This document shows positions 1 to 10,987 of a stretch of DNA of 32,000 bases, piece after piece. The position numbers and the translations under genes are program-made. Source of the DNA: Wolbachia endosymbiont of Cimex lectularius (GTDB lineage Bacteria; Pseudomonadota; Alphaproteobacteria; Rickettsiales; Anaplasmataceae); the NCBI RefSeq assembly GCF_000829315.1, contig NZ_AP013028.1, positions 360,001-392,000 of the forward strand, in the 5' to 3' direction. The notes beneath the pieces were generated by a model. It did not search any database. It saw only the letters and a list, made by a program, of their open reading frames with translations, and was not told where the DNA came from. How positions within the stretch are numbered: position 1 is the first letter of the stretch; each line of letters starts with the position of its first letter.

Positions 1-777
1 ATTTTTCCACAATCGCCTGCACTTTTCTAACCAGGCAAAAGAGCGTTCAACAACCCATCTTTTTGGCAATACGACGAAAGTGTGTAACTCACTTCGCTTT
101 ATTACTTCAACAGTCGCACCAATGATAGCTTTTATTTGTGTTGCAAAATTTTCTCCTGTGTAGCCAGCATCAACCAGTATGTTTTTAACTTCAGAGAGGT
201 TTGCTTTAGCATTTTCGACCATTTTCACAGCACTGCTACGGTCAGTTGCTTCTGCCGTTGTTACATAAATTGCATGTGGCAAACCTTGTGTATCAACTGC
301 AATATGGCGCTTTATCCCTGAAATCTTTTTACCTGCATCATAGCCTTTTTTTTCAGCAGTATCTGCGTTTTTAACGCTTTGAGAATCAATTATACAAAAG
401 CTAGTTTTCTCTTTCCGACCATTGCTGATACGGACCTCTCCAACTAATTTTTTTTAAGACTAATTCCAACAAGCTTGGCTCTTCTCCATTCTTTTTACTC
501 CACACTCGAAAATAGTAATATACGCTTTCCCATCTTGGAAAACCCTTTGGTAACATCCTCCACTGACAACCACTTTTTAAGACGTACAACACCCCACAAA
601 ATACGTCATACAAATCAAGTTTTCTTGGTTTTGTTTTCTGCTTGCTACTCTCCAAAATTGGCCTGATTTTTTCAAACTGCTCTTGACTTATATTACTTGG
701 ATAACTTTTCTGCATAGACACCTCATTATTAATCTATGCTTACTTTACCTCACATTTCCAAGATTTTAAACAGGTTC
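1..777 (-). mobile_element. IS5-family insertion sequence (ISWpi1-like), cut by the window start; transposase orfA at 401-721, orfB continues past the window edge
   Basis: orfA MSMQKSYPSNISQEQFEKIRPILES...DVFCGVLYVLKSGCQWRMLPKGFPRWESVYYYFRVW is typical of an IS5-family transposase N-terminus. The orfB frame reads IIDSQSVKNADTAEKKGYDAGKKISGIKRHIAVDTQGLPHAIYVTTAEATDR. Near-identical to 10070-10847. Terminal sequence (reverse complement) GAACCTGTTTAAAATCTTGG at ~758-777. Confidence 0.93.
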
Positions 778-2034
778 TCAGATAAAAGCTCCCCTACTTG
801 AAATTCAACTATCTCAAGTGGAAAGTTTGCGCTTCTATTTTCAATTCTATGGGAAACTTTCCTTGGAATTTCTACCACATGATTTGTCGCTATACCGCAC
901 GTTTTTTTCCCTAAATTTATATATCCAGCTCCTGACAGCACTATATGGTACTCATCTCTATAGCAGTGAAACTGCCTAGAAGTGCAGCTCAATGGGCTTA
1001 TAAACAGATATTTTATAAGAAAATTCTCGCCCATTAAAACTACACTGCAAAACCCCCATGGCTTGATTTCTTTCCTTATTGCCTTCGCTTCCTTAACTTT
1101 ACTAATAAATGACATTAAGCTCTTATCTGGCTGCTTGCAAGCTCTACTTAATAAATTTTTTGCACTACTTTCTGCTGTGAAATTTTGCTCTTTTTTTCCG
1201 GTCACATGCTGGAATGACACCGGTTCTTTATCAAATCTCTTACTTAATTCTAAAACTGCATTCCAAGTCCCAACATCCATCCAATCGAAATTAGCCTCTA
1301 TCATTGCAACGTTTTCCGCTTTCTCCATTATCAAATAATCAATGGATACGCCTTCAACTCCCAAAATCCCGCTGCCTTAAATACAGAAATCCCTCTTGTG
1401 GTGTGGAATGTTGCGCACTTGCACAACATAAATTATAAAGATTTGGGGCAGATCTTTTCATCTCATCTACATAGCGTTTTGCTTTAAACACGAATATTCC
1501 AGAGTTCCAGTAATGATCGTTACTCAATTCGTGCTCAGGTTTTTCTGTGAAACTCTTAACTATATGGTATTTCTCCTGCTGACCATAAACTGCATTGATA
1601 TAGCCATATTCGGGATTAAATTCATGAGGCTTTACTCCAAAAGTAACTATAGAGTTAGTTTCAGAGGCTATCTGAGCCGCTTTTTGAGCAGAAGCATAAA
1701 AATTGCTCAAATCGCCTATAAAGTGGTCTGAAGGCAGAATTAACATTACCTCATCTTCATCGCAAAGAGGTGCAGCAATTAATATTGCTGCTGCTGTTCC
1801 GATCTTTACCGGCTCAAAAATCACTTTATACTCTTGCAGCGCTTTTAATTCCTCCATCACTAACGATTCATACCGTATATTTGTGGCAATTATGGGCGGC
1901 ATATAGTCACTTTTTAGTCTCAATAAAGTGTTTTGAAGCATGGTGTTATGACTAAATATTTTCTGAAATTGCTTTGGCTTGGATAAAGGCCAAAGCCTAC
2001 TGCCGCTACCACCACACAATATCACAGGGCGCAT
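778..2034 (-). pseudogene. manC: Mannose-1-phosphate guanylyltransferase / mannose-6-phosphate isomerase-like gene, split by a frameshift near 1354-1375 and truncated at the 3' end by the adjacent IS
   Basis: N-terminal ORF 1354-2034 begins MRPVILCGGSGSRLWPLSKPKQFQKIF (nucleotidyltransferase signature) and ends ...LYLRQRDFGS*. The continuation is in another frame (750-1364): VEGVSIDYLIMEKAENVAMIEANFDWMDVGTWNAV..., with a cupin-type C-terminus HIVLSGAGYINLG. The last 9 sense codons and the stop come from the IS end. Confidence 0.85.
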
Positions 2035-2147
2035 TTGGTATAAGATATTAAATAATTAATATCTTATACCAAAGGTAAAATATACGCAAGCTTTTGTTGT
2101 GAAGCGATTAAAATAGAAAGTGTGTATTAAATTAAAGTAATTGCTGA

Positions 2148-3392
2148 TTATGGATGTGATGGAGCGTTTTTTGCGCTTTCCTGTCTTTCTCGTGTTACTT
2201 TATCAGTATAAGGAGTACCGCTCCCCTGATTTTTATCATCTCTTTGTCCATTAATCTTGTTTTGCGATTTCTCCTTTTCTGAGCTTTGTTTTTTAAATTT
2301 ATCCATGCTTTCACTACTTTTGCTCGGCCCCTTTTCCAACTCTCTCTCAATGCCTGGCCTCCTAGCATCAAGCTCTTTCCAGGTGCCACAAATAGTATCA
2401 CGGTCAAGATAGTCTTTCTTCTCTAGCTCTGACCTATTTCCTTCTTTAACAGCTGAATAATCGTTTTTTGTTTCTTCCCAATATTCCTTTAATTGGTGTT
2501 TCCACATAGTCCAGTAAGCATCACCATACTTTTTCTTATTTGCCACAAATAACAAAATTGGAGCCTCAAGTGTGGTAGCTCCCATGTTCACTAAATTTTT
2601 CACTGCCATTGCAGGAGTGAACAAAAGGTAACCAAAAAATTTTGCAATTGGATTTTGTCTGTTTACTAAATGCTTCCCTAACTTCATAGGAATGAAAGTC
2701 AGCAGTTTAGCACAAATCTTAGCTAAGCCCGCAGCAAGAACAATAGGAACAGATATAAGACTTTTATCTAGCTCTAGATTACCATTTTGATCCCTAACTT
2801 CAAAAAAACTAGTGCTTAACTTCTTATAATCACTAGTGTACAATAATTCTCCATTTCTTCCTTCCTGGTCAACAACTTCCTGAATTTTACCTTCTTTATT
2901 TTTTACCTCTTTAGTTAGCACAGAAGAATTAGTTAGTTCAAACGGGTATTTAGAATTCTCAGTTTTTTGAGCTTCAAAAACTGGCAAATGTTTTTCAAGA
3001 TCGATTTTTGAAAACTCAAATGGTTTATAGTAGCTATCATAGTGCTTAACATCCTTATTTTTTTTTGGATTAACTAAAAAGTCAATGGTAAAATAAGATC
3101 TGTTATCAACTTTCTTAACCAAAGCTAGATCAAACTCGTATCCATTATATTTAAGCTGGTATTCGGGATTTCCCTCTTCATCTTTTACAAGCTTTCCATT
3201 CCTATCTTTTTTTTCTATAATTTCCCCAGACTCTACAATCTGATCATAATTTTTTGGGTATTGACATTTTTTTCCATTATATGTCATTACCTTCCTAAGG
3301 TCCTTTACATAGACTTGAGATTCAAGTAAAGTAAATAAATTCTTCACTTTTAGCGTAAGGTCCGTTCCCCACTTTTTCAATGTCTCTAACAT
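2148..3392 (-). CDS. Uncharacterised 414-aa protein with central hydrophobic segments and a charged/hydrophilic C-terminus
   Basis: Long uninterrupted ORF. Central LISVPIVLAAGLAKICAKLLTFIPMKLG and FFGYLLFTPAMAVKNLVNMGATTLEAPILLFVA are hydrophobic. The tail is rich in K/E/S/Q. No family recognised. Confidence 0.75.
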   Translation of the reverse strand: MLETLKKWGTDLTLKVKNLFTLLESQVYVKDLRKVMTYNGKKCQYPKNYDQIVESGEIIEKKDRNGKLVKDEEGNPEYQLKYNGYEFDLALVKKVDNRSYFTIDFLVNPKKNKDVKHYDSYYKPFEFSKIDLEKHLPVFEAQKTENSKYPFELTNSSVLTKEVKNKEGKIQEVVDQEGRNGELLYTSDYKKLSTSFFEVRDQNGNLELDKSLISVPIVLAAGLAKICAKLLTFIPMKLGKHLVNRQNPIAKFFGYLLFTPAMAVKNLVNMGATTLEAPILLFVANKKKYGDAYWTMWKHQLKEYWEETKNDYSAVKEGNRSELEKKDYLDRDTICGTWKELDARRPGIERELEKGPSKSSESMDKFKKQSSEKEKSQNKINGQRDDKNQGSGTPYTDKVTRERQESAKNAPSHP

Positions 3393-3475
3393 ATTGCTAA
3401 ACCAAGATAACTAAGCACTATAGTTCAATAATAAAACCAGCATACTAAGAATATGTTAACATAGAATAGATGATT

Positions 3476-3841
3476 TTACAAGAAAATATGCTTGTAAAAG
3501 AAAAAAATCGTAAAAGTAAGAGCTATATAAGTGATGCTCGACAAATACTTTATACATGTAATCGTAAAAACTCTTAGAGGTACACTGTGTATGTAATCTT
3601 CACACACTACTTGCATTCCAAGAACTGCATGCCAAAAAATACAAAACAATAATACAACAAAAAATAAAAGCTCTAGAGGATGATCAATAGCCTGAAATAA
3701 TTTTTCATTAAAAGACAAAGGAGTATCAGCATAAAGTGCACAAGAAAATGAATAGATAAACCAAGGAAATAAAAACAATAAAATCACCGCAGAAACACGT
3801 TGAACCCACCAATGATGTACTGAATTTCCAGATTGACTCAT
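3476..3841 (-). CDS. sdhD: Succinate dehydrogenase hydrophobic membrane anchor subunit
   Basis: 121-aa, three-TM protein with VHHWWVQRVSAVILLFLFPWFIYSF and H-A-VLGMQVVCEDYIH motifs of SdhD. Overlaps the upstream sdhC by 4 nt. Confidence 0.9.
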   Translation of the reverse strand: MSQSGNSVHHWWVQRVSAVILLFLFPWFIYSFSCALYADTPLSFNEKLFQAIDHPLELLFFVVLLFCIFWHAVLGMQVVCEDYIHSVPLRVFTITCIKYLSSITYIALTFTIFFFYKHIFL

Positions 3842-4215
3842 ATAAACATAAATAAAAAAGCTATAGTAGAGAAAAGTAAAGTTACTGTCAGTAGCATAGC
3901 ACTTTTTGAGACACTAGTAATTTCTAAATTAAGTCCAGCATCCCATAATAAATGACGAATACCATTGAGAAAATGATATAGAAAGCTTACAAGACATAAA
4001 ACATAAGCTAACTTGGCGATAGGAGTAGATAACAATACATTCAAGTACTTTACTATAAATAGCTCAGGAAAATAAACATGTAATATAAAATACCAAGAAA
4101 GCACCATTAACAGAAGGAATAATAAGATACCAGTTAATCTGTGCATAATAGAAAAAAAACTAGTAACTTGTACTTTATATATTTGCAAATGTGGAGAAAG
4201 AGGCCTATCACTCAT
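3838..4215 (-). CDS. sdhC: Succinate dehydrogenase cytochrome b556 subunit
   Basis: RPLSPHLQIYKVQVTSFFSIMHRLTGILLF...HFLNGIRHLLWDAG carries the SdhC signatures (SPHLxIY, SxxHRxTG, HxxxGxRHLxWD). Confidence 0.95.
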   Translation of the reverse strand: MSDRPLSPHLQIYKVQVTSFFSIMHRLTGILLFLLLMVLSWYFILHVYFPELFIVKYLNVLLSTPIAKLAYVLCLVSFLYHFLNGIRHLLWDAGLNLEITSVSKSAMLLTVTLLFSTIAFLFMFI

Positions 4216-4241
4216 AAAATTCCATTATCAAGAAATTAAAA

Positions 4242-4268
4242 TAAAGTAGAAGTAAAGACAGCAATATA
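4242..4268 (-). promoter_or_regulatory. 3' arm of the putative pre-16S rRNA processing stem
   Basis: + strand TAAAGTAGAAGTAAAGACAGCAATATA is the reverse complement, with one mismatch, of 5884-5910. Confidence 0.8.
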
Positions 4269-4274
4269 GTACAC

Positions 4275-4306
4275 CACAACACCACTATTAAAAGTGGTGA
4301 GTTGTG
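4275..4306 (-). promoter_or_regulatory. Hairpin immediately 3' of 16S rRNA
   Basis: CACAAC-ACCACT-ATTAAA-AGTGGT-GA-GTTGTG is a 12-bp stem with a small bulge. There is no adjacent U-run, so it is probably structural or processing rather than a classical terminator. Confidence 0.65.
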
Positions 4307-4315
4307 CACAAAGCC

Positions 4316-5819
<1,504 letters not shown>

Positions 5820-5824
5820 AGACT

Positions 5825-5843
5825 TCAACCTATAAAAGGTTGA
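5825..5843 (-). promoter_or_regulatory. Hairpin in the 16S leader
   Basis: TCAACCT-ATAAA-AGGTTGA is a perfect 7-bp stem directly upstream of the 16S 5' end. Confidence 0.6.
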
Positions 5844-5850
5844 GGGTACA

Positions 5851-5864
5851 TCGGATAAATCCGA
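5851..5864 (-). promoter_or_regulatory. Second hairpin-like palindrome in the 16S leader
   Basis: TCGGAT-AA-ATCCGA is a perfect 6-bp inverted repeat. The 2-nt loop is tight. Confidence 0.4.
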
Positions 5865-5883
5865 CAAAAAAAATAATTAGCTT

Positions 5884-5910
5884 TATATTGCTGTCTTTAT
5901 TTCTACTTTA
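5884..5910 (-). promoter_or_regulatory. 5' arm of the putative pre-16S rRNA processing stem
   Basis: TATATTGCTGTCTTTATTTCTACTTTA pairs with 4242-4268 (26/27). Confidence 0.8.
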
Positions 5911-5951
5911 GAAATATTTCGATTTCCAACTATTCAAACAACTTTGAAAAC

Positions 5952-5980
5952 ATTATTATGTGATATAATTGCTATGTCAA
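5952..5980 (-). promoter_or_regulatory. Putative sigma70-type promoter of 16S rRNA
   Basis: Minus strand TTGACA (5980-5975), 17-nt spacer TAGCAATTATATCACAT, then AATAAT (5957-5952). It lies just upstream of the processing stem. Confidence 0.6.
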
Positions 5981-6043
5981 TAAGTTTTTGCAAATCAAAA
6001 AGCATTAATATATAAAAAATATATATCTATTGAGAATATCACT

Positions 6044-6586
6044 ATGAAGAAATACATTTTTCTACTTGCATTGGTACCAGTGCTAATTGGCATAACATTG
6101 TACTCGTTACGTAATATTGATAATGCAAAACAATCTACAATTGCAGGTAATAAGTTCTATGAAGTGTTATTCTCCAAAAAAGATAGTGAGTTATTAGAGG
6201 GAACAGACTCAAATTGGAAGCATTTAGCAGACTTTGAAAGTGCATTCAGTCGTATCTCAAACTCAACATCAACAGACGCAGCATCTATTTATAGTGATAT
6301 AGCAGATAATGAGGATGTTCCTGACGTTTTGCGTGAATTAGCACAATACTTAGAAGTAATGAATTTGTTTTATAGCAGTGACAAAATAAATGAAGATAAA
6401 ATCAATAATTTAGCAGCAAATGCGGTGTATCCTTACTCAAGTCAAGAAGCTATCGCTATAATAAAGATACATAATAATGACATTAAAGGTGCAATTGAAA
6501 TATTGCGTTCACTATTAAATGACAGAAAATGCCCTACTCTAATAAAAGCCAATGCGCAAGAATTACTCCGGATATATGGAAGTTAA
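6044..6586 (+). CDS. YfgM/TPR_21-like membrane-anchored tetratricopeptide-type protein
   Basis: N-terminal TM helix (KKYIFLLALVPVLIGITLYSL) followed by helical repeats with the LAxxYxxxGxxxxA-like pattern VLRELAQYLEVMNLFY...AIEILRSLLNDRKCPTLIKANAQELLRIYG. Confidence 0.55.
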   Translation: MKKYIFLLALVPVLIGITLYSLRNIDNAKQSTIAGNKFYEVLFSKKDSELLEGTDSNWKHLADFESAFSRISNSTSTDAASIYSDIADNEDVPDVLRELAQYLEVMNLFYSSDKINEDKINNLAANAVYPYSSQEAIAIIKIHNNDIKGAIEILRSLLNDRKCPTLIKANAQELLRIYGS

Positions 6587-6662
6587 AAGACTGCTTGCAT
6601 AGTTTTTTTGTTTCTACTGAATCCAACGTGCTGCTGAAAGCTATACAAAAGGTCTATTTTTA

Positions 6663-9600
6663 TTAACTATAAACAGCGTTTTGTATCTGCTGCAATGACT
6701 TTACTTCCAGCCTGCTGCTTTTTACATATTGAATTGCAAGTACTAACGCTTTACTTCCAGACGCTGTGGTGCTATAAGCTATATTTTGCAAAATAGCAGC
6801 TCTTCTAATGTCCTTGCTATCTGAAACTGATTTGACACCTTTTGAGGTATTGATCACTAGATTTATTTTTCCATCTTTAAGCATATCAACTATGTGGGGC
6901 CTGCCTTCCCTCACTTTATTTACAGCTTTTGCAGCAATGCCATTATTGTTCAGATACGAGGCTGTGCCTTTAGTGGCGTATATTTCAAAACCCAGCCCCT
7001 TCAACATTCGTGCAACTGGCAATATATATTCTTTATCATCATCTTTTACTGAAATCAAAGCTCTTCCTTCTGTTGGCAACTTATACCCTGCAGCCATGTA
7101 AGCTTTTGCTAGCGCGGCCTCAAAGGATGAGTCGATTCCCATTACCTCTCCTGTTGACTTCATTTCCGGACCGAGCAGAGTGTCAATTTCCGAAAAACGT
7201 GTAAACGGAAAAACAGCAGCTTTGATTGCAAAGTGATCAAGAGATTTCTTTTCTTGGTCTAATTTTTTGCCTAGAATAACTTGCGTTGCGAGCTTTGCAA
7301 CAGGAATATTGATTACCTTGGAAATAAAAGGAACTGCACGGCTAGCTCTTAAATTCACTTCCAGTATGTATATATTATTCTCTTGAATGGCAAATTGAAT
7401 GTTTATCAGGCCTTTCACCTTCAGTTCAAAAGCTATTCTTTCAGTTTGCAATTCAATCTCTTTTACGACTTCATCACTCAGCGTATTTGTCGGTATCGAG
7501 CAGGTTGAATCACCAGAGTGAACTCCGGCTTCTTCAATATGCTCCATAACTGCCGCAACGAAAACTTTTTCCCCATCGCATATAGCGTCAACGTCAACCT
7601 CAACTGCATTGACTAAGAATCTATCAAGTAGCAGCGACCCATGTTCAAAAATCTTAGTCTGATCCAGTACATATTCTTTAAAGCTCTCAATATCGTGCTT
7701 AATCGACATAGATTGACCACCCAAAACGTAGGATGGCCTGACTACTAATGGAAACCCCACCTTCTCTGCGTTGGCTAACGCTTCTTCCACTGAATGACAA
7801 ATAGAGTTCTCAGGTTGTTTTAAATCAAGCCGCAGAGCAAGGTTTTTAAATCTCATACGATCTTCGGCAAGATCTATAGAGTCAAAAGATGTACCTAAGA
7901 TATTCAAACCCCTTTCATTTAGTATTTTGGCTAACTTTAAAGGCGTTTGACCACCTATTTGCACTATGACACCCACTAGTGTACCATTCTCTTGCTCTTT
8001 GTTTAGTATTTCAAGCACATCCTCTACAGTTAGTGGAGCAAAATACAAACGATCAGTAGTATCATAATCAGTTGAAACAGTTTCAGGATTACAATTAATC
8101 ATTATTGTTTCATACCCCATTTCTTTGGCAGCGGAAACTGCATGCACGCATGCATAATCAAACTCAATACCCTGACCAATACGGTTTGGTCCACTGCCTA
8201 AAATGACAACCTTTTTTCGGTCAGAAACTTTCGCTTCGCACTCTGTCTTATTTATAACGTCTCCTTCATAACAGCCATACATATAGGCAGTGCTCGATTC
8301 AAACTCAGCTGCACACGTGTCTACACGTTTATAAACTGGATGAATGCCAAATTTTTTCCTTATTGCTTCAATTTGCTCTATTTTTTTGCTACTTAATTTT
8401 GCCAACCTTGTATCCGAAAATCCCATCTTTTTCAGCTCTAATATCTCATGTGCAGCTTCAGGCAAACCAGCTTCTTTAATTTTTTGTTCAGCTAAGATGA
8501 TCTGCCGTATATTTTGCAAAAACCACAGATCATACCCTGTAATCGAATTTATTTCTTCTATGCTTATTCCGTGACGCATTGCGTCAGCAGCAATCAGTAA
8601 TCTGTTTGGTAGCAATTTTGCTAATTGAGATTTTATATGATCAACATCTGTACCTTCAGAGAACACTTCATCAAGCCCCGTGAGGCCAGTTTCAAGTGAA
8701 CGAAAAGCTTTCTGTAGTGATTCATTAAAAGTACGGCCTATAGACATCACTTCCCCCACCGATTTCATGGAGGTTGATAGCTCACAATTCGTCCCCTTAA
8801 ATTTTTCGAATTCAAAACGAGGAATTTTGGTGACGATGTAATCAACCACTGGTTCAAATGCAGCAGGTATAATTGGTGCACAATCGTTGCGTATTTCATC
8901 AAGTGAATAGCCAACAGCAAGCTTAGTTGCAACTTTTGCTATGGGATAACCTGTTGCCTTTGAGGCCAGTGCAGAAGAGCGAGAAACTCTTGGATTCATT
9001 TCAATTACAACGAGGCTGCCATCTTCTTTGGGATTAACTGCAAACTGGACATTTGCACCACCTGCGCTAACATCAATTTCTCTCAGCACTGCTATAGATG
9101 CATTTCTCATTTGTTGGTACTCCGCATCACGCAGAGTTAAAGCAGGAGCAACAGTAATGCTATCACCTGTGTGAACTCCCATGGGATCAACATTTTCTAT
9201 TGAACAGACTATTATGCAGTTATCTTTGCAATCACGAATAACTTCCATTTCGTACTCTTTCCAACCAATAATCGACTCATCTATCTGAACTTCATTTATT
9301 GGCGAAATTTTCAGAGCATTCTCCGCAATGTTGATAAACTCTTCTTTATTGTACGCTATGCCACTACCTGCACCCCCAAGAGTAAACGATGAACGGATGA
9401 TTGCAGGCAACCCTATATAATCCAGAGCTTTCTTTATTTGGCCTTGATTTTTTATAATGATACTTTTAGGGTATTTTAGCCCTATTTTATCCATAGATTG
9501 GCGAAATAGTTCTCTATCTTCTGCTTTTTTGATTGCTTCTCTATTTACGCCAATCAGCTTTACATTATATGTATCTAACACCCCATCATCCGCAAGTTTC

Positions 9601-9899
9601 ATTGCGCAGTTTAGAGCAGTTTGCCCGCCCATCGTCGGCAATATTGCATTTGGCTTCTCTTTAATTATGATTTTTTCTATGATTTCAGGCAGTATGGGTT
9701 CAATATACGTTGCATCAGAAAACTCGGGATCCGTCATTATAGTTGCAGGATTAGAATTAACCAAAATGACTCTATAACCCTCACTTTTTAATACCTTGCA
9801 ACTCTGAGTTCCGGAATAATCAAACTCGCACGCCTGACCTATAATTATTGGACCTGCTCCTATTACTAATATAGATTCTATATCTGTACGTTTTGTCAT
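6663..9899 (-). CDS. carB: Carbamoyl-phosphate synthase large subunit
   Basis: 1078 aa: [58 protein letters not shown], with duplicated ATP-grasp halves and a C-terminal MGS domain. Confidence 0.99.
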   Translation of the reverse strand: MTKRTDIESILVIGAGPIIIGQACEFDYSGTQSCKVLKSEGYRVILVNSNPATIMTDPEFSDATYIEPILPEIIEKIIIKEKPNAILPTMGGQTALNCAMKLADDGVLDTYNVKLIGVNREAIKKAEDRELFRQSMDKIGLKYPKSIIIKNQGQIKKALDYIGLPAIIRSSFTLGGAGSGIAYNKEEFINIAENALKISPINEVQIDESIIGWKEYEMEVIRDCKDNCIIVCSIENVDPMGVHTGDSITVAPALTLRDAEYQQMRNASIAVLREIDVSAGGANVQFAVNPKEDGSLVVIEMNPRVSRSSALASKATGYPIAKVATKLAVGYSLDEIRNDCAPIIPAAFEPVVDYIVTKIPRFEFEKFKGTNCELSTSMKSVGEVMSIGRTFNESLQKAFRSLETGLTGLDEVFSEGTDVDHIKSQLAKLLPNRLLIAADAMRHGISIEEINSITGYDLWFLQNIRQIILAEQKIKEAGLPEAAHEILELKKMGFSDTRLAKLSSKKIEQIEAIRKKFGIHPVYKRVDTCAAEFESSTAYMYGCYEGDVINKTECEAKVSDRKKVVILGSGPNRIGQGIEFDYACVHAVSAAKEMGYETIMINCNPETVSTDYDTTDRLYFAPLTVEDVLEILNKEQENGTLVGVIVQIGGQTPLKLAKILNERGLNILGTSFDSIDLAEDRMRFKNLALRLDLKQPENSICHSVEEALANAEKVGFPLVVRPSYVLGGQSMSIKHDIESFKEYVLDQTKIFEHGSLLLDRFLVNAVEVDVDAICDGEKVFVAAVMEHIEEAGVHSGDSTCSIPTNTLSDEVVKEIELQTERIAFELKVKGLINIQFAIQENNIYILEVNLRASRAVPFISKVINIPVAKLATQVILGKKLDQEKKSLDHFAIKAAVFPFTRFSEIDTLLGPEMKSTGEVMGIDSSFEAALAKAYMAAGYKLPTEGRALISVKDDDKEYILPVARMLKGLGFEIYATKGTASYLNNNGIAAKAVNKVREGRPHIVDMLKDGKINLVINTSKGVKSVSDSKDIRRAAILQNIAYSTTASGSKALVLAIQYVKSSRLEVKSLQQIQNAVYS

Positions 9900-9986
9900 A
9901 ATTATAATGACGATCTCTATTTAGGTAATGTTACCAATCTTTCCTGTATATGTGAATTTTTATTAGACTTATGGGCTACCACTTTA

Positions 9987-10847
9987 GAACCTGTTTAAAA
10001 TCTTCGTAACAGGAGAGAAATGAAGGAGAGGACTATCATCTGTAAGCTAGTGTTGAGCTTCCGCTCGCAATTTTTCCACAATCGCCTGCACTTTTCTAAC
10101 CAGGCAAAAGAGCGTTCAACAACCCATCTTTTTGGCAATACGACGAAAGTGTGTAACTCACTTCGCTTTATTACTTCAACAGTCGCACCAATGATAGCTT
10201 TTATTTGTGTTGCAAAATTTTCTCCTGTGTAGCCAGCATCAACCAGTATGTTTTTAACTTCAGAGAGGTTTGCTTTAGCATTTTCGACCATTTTCACAGC
10301 ACTGCTACGGTCAGTTGCTTCTGCCGTTGTTACATAAATTGCATGTGGCAAACCTTGTGTATCAACTGCAATATGGCGCTTTATCCCTGAAATCTTTTTA
10401 CCTGCATCATAGCCTTTTTTTTTCAGCAGTATCTGCGTTTTTAACGCTTTGAGAATCAATTATACAAAAGCTAGTTTTCTCTTTCCGACCATTGCTGATA
10501 CGGACCTCTCCAACTAATTTTTTTTAAGACTAATTCCAACAAGCTTGGCTCTTCTCCACTCTTTTTACTCCACACTCAAAAATAGTAATATACGCTTTCC
10601 CATCTTGGAAAACCCTTTGGTAACATCCTCCACTGACAACCACTTTTTAAGACGTACAACACCCCACAAAATACGTCATACAAATCAAGTTTTCTTGGTT
10701 TTGTTTTCTGCTTGCTACTCTCCAAAATTGGCCTGATTTTTTCAAACTGCTCTTGACTTATATTACTTGGATAACTTTTCTGCATAGACACCTCATTATT
10801 AATCTATGCTTACTTTACCTCACATTTCCAAGATTTTAAACAGATTC
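9987..10847 (-). mobile_element. IS5-family insertion sequence (ISWpi1-like), complete but with a degraded transposase
   Basis: Terminal inverted repeats GAACCTGTTTAAAATCTT (left) and GAATCTGTTTAAAATCTT (right, reverse complement). Possible TTA target duplication at 9984-9986 / 10848-10850. Near-identical to 1-777. Confidence 0.93.
9995..10791 (-). pseudogene. IS5-family transposase, inactivated by a nonsense change and a 1-nt insertion
   Basis: orfA stops at codon 72 (CGA in the other copy, TGA here). The poly-A tract in orfB has 9 A instead of 8, shifting DSQSVKNADTAEKKGYDAG out of frame. The remaining ORF is 9995-10459. Confidence 0.85.
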
Positions 10848-10987
10848 TTAGACCCACAACTACACAAGCATTATGATTTGACCAACCGCCATCCAATAGA
10901 AACAAAAAAACTACTTGACAACCTTCACCTTTCCTTTTATCATAGTACTGAAGCTATTATTTAACTTCCCAATCTGTGCAGGTTAAA

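Noticed and set aside
136-321. Plus-strand ORFs at 136-321 and 475-666 (and their twins at 10205-10390 and 10545-10736)
   Set aside because: Antisense to the transposase in both IS copies. They exist only because the IS is duplicated and have no independent coding evidence.
4275-4306. Classical rho-independent terminator for 16S
   Set aside because: The stem is good, but there is no U-tract on the 3' side in the minus-strand transcript (it is followed by GGTGTACTATATT), and the putative processing arm lies further downstream. Recorded as a structural hairpin instead.
6808-7204. Plus-strand ORFs over carB (6808-7101, 7010-7204, 8344-8574, 9457-9777)
   Set aside because: Antisense shadows of a strongly conserved gene; no recognisable domains.
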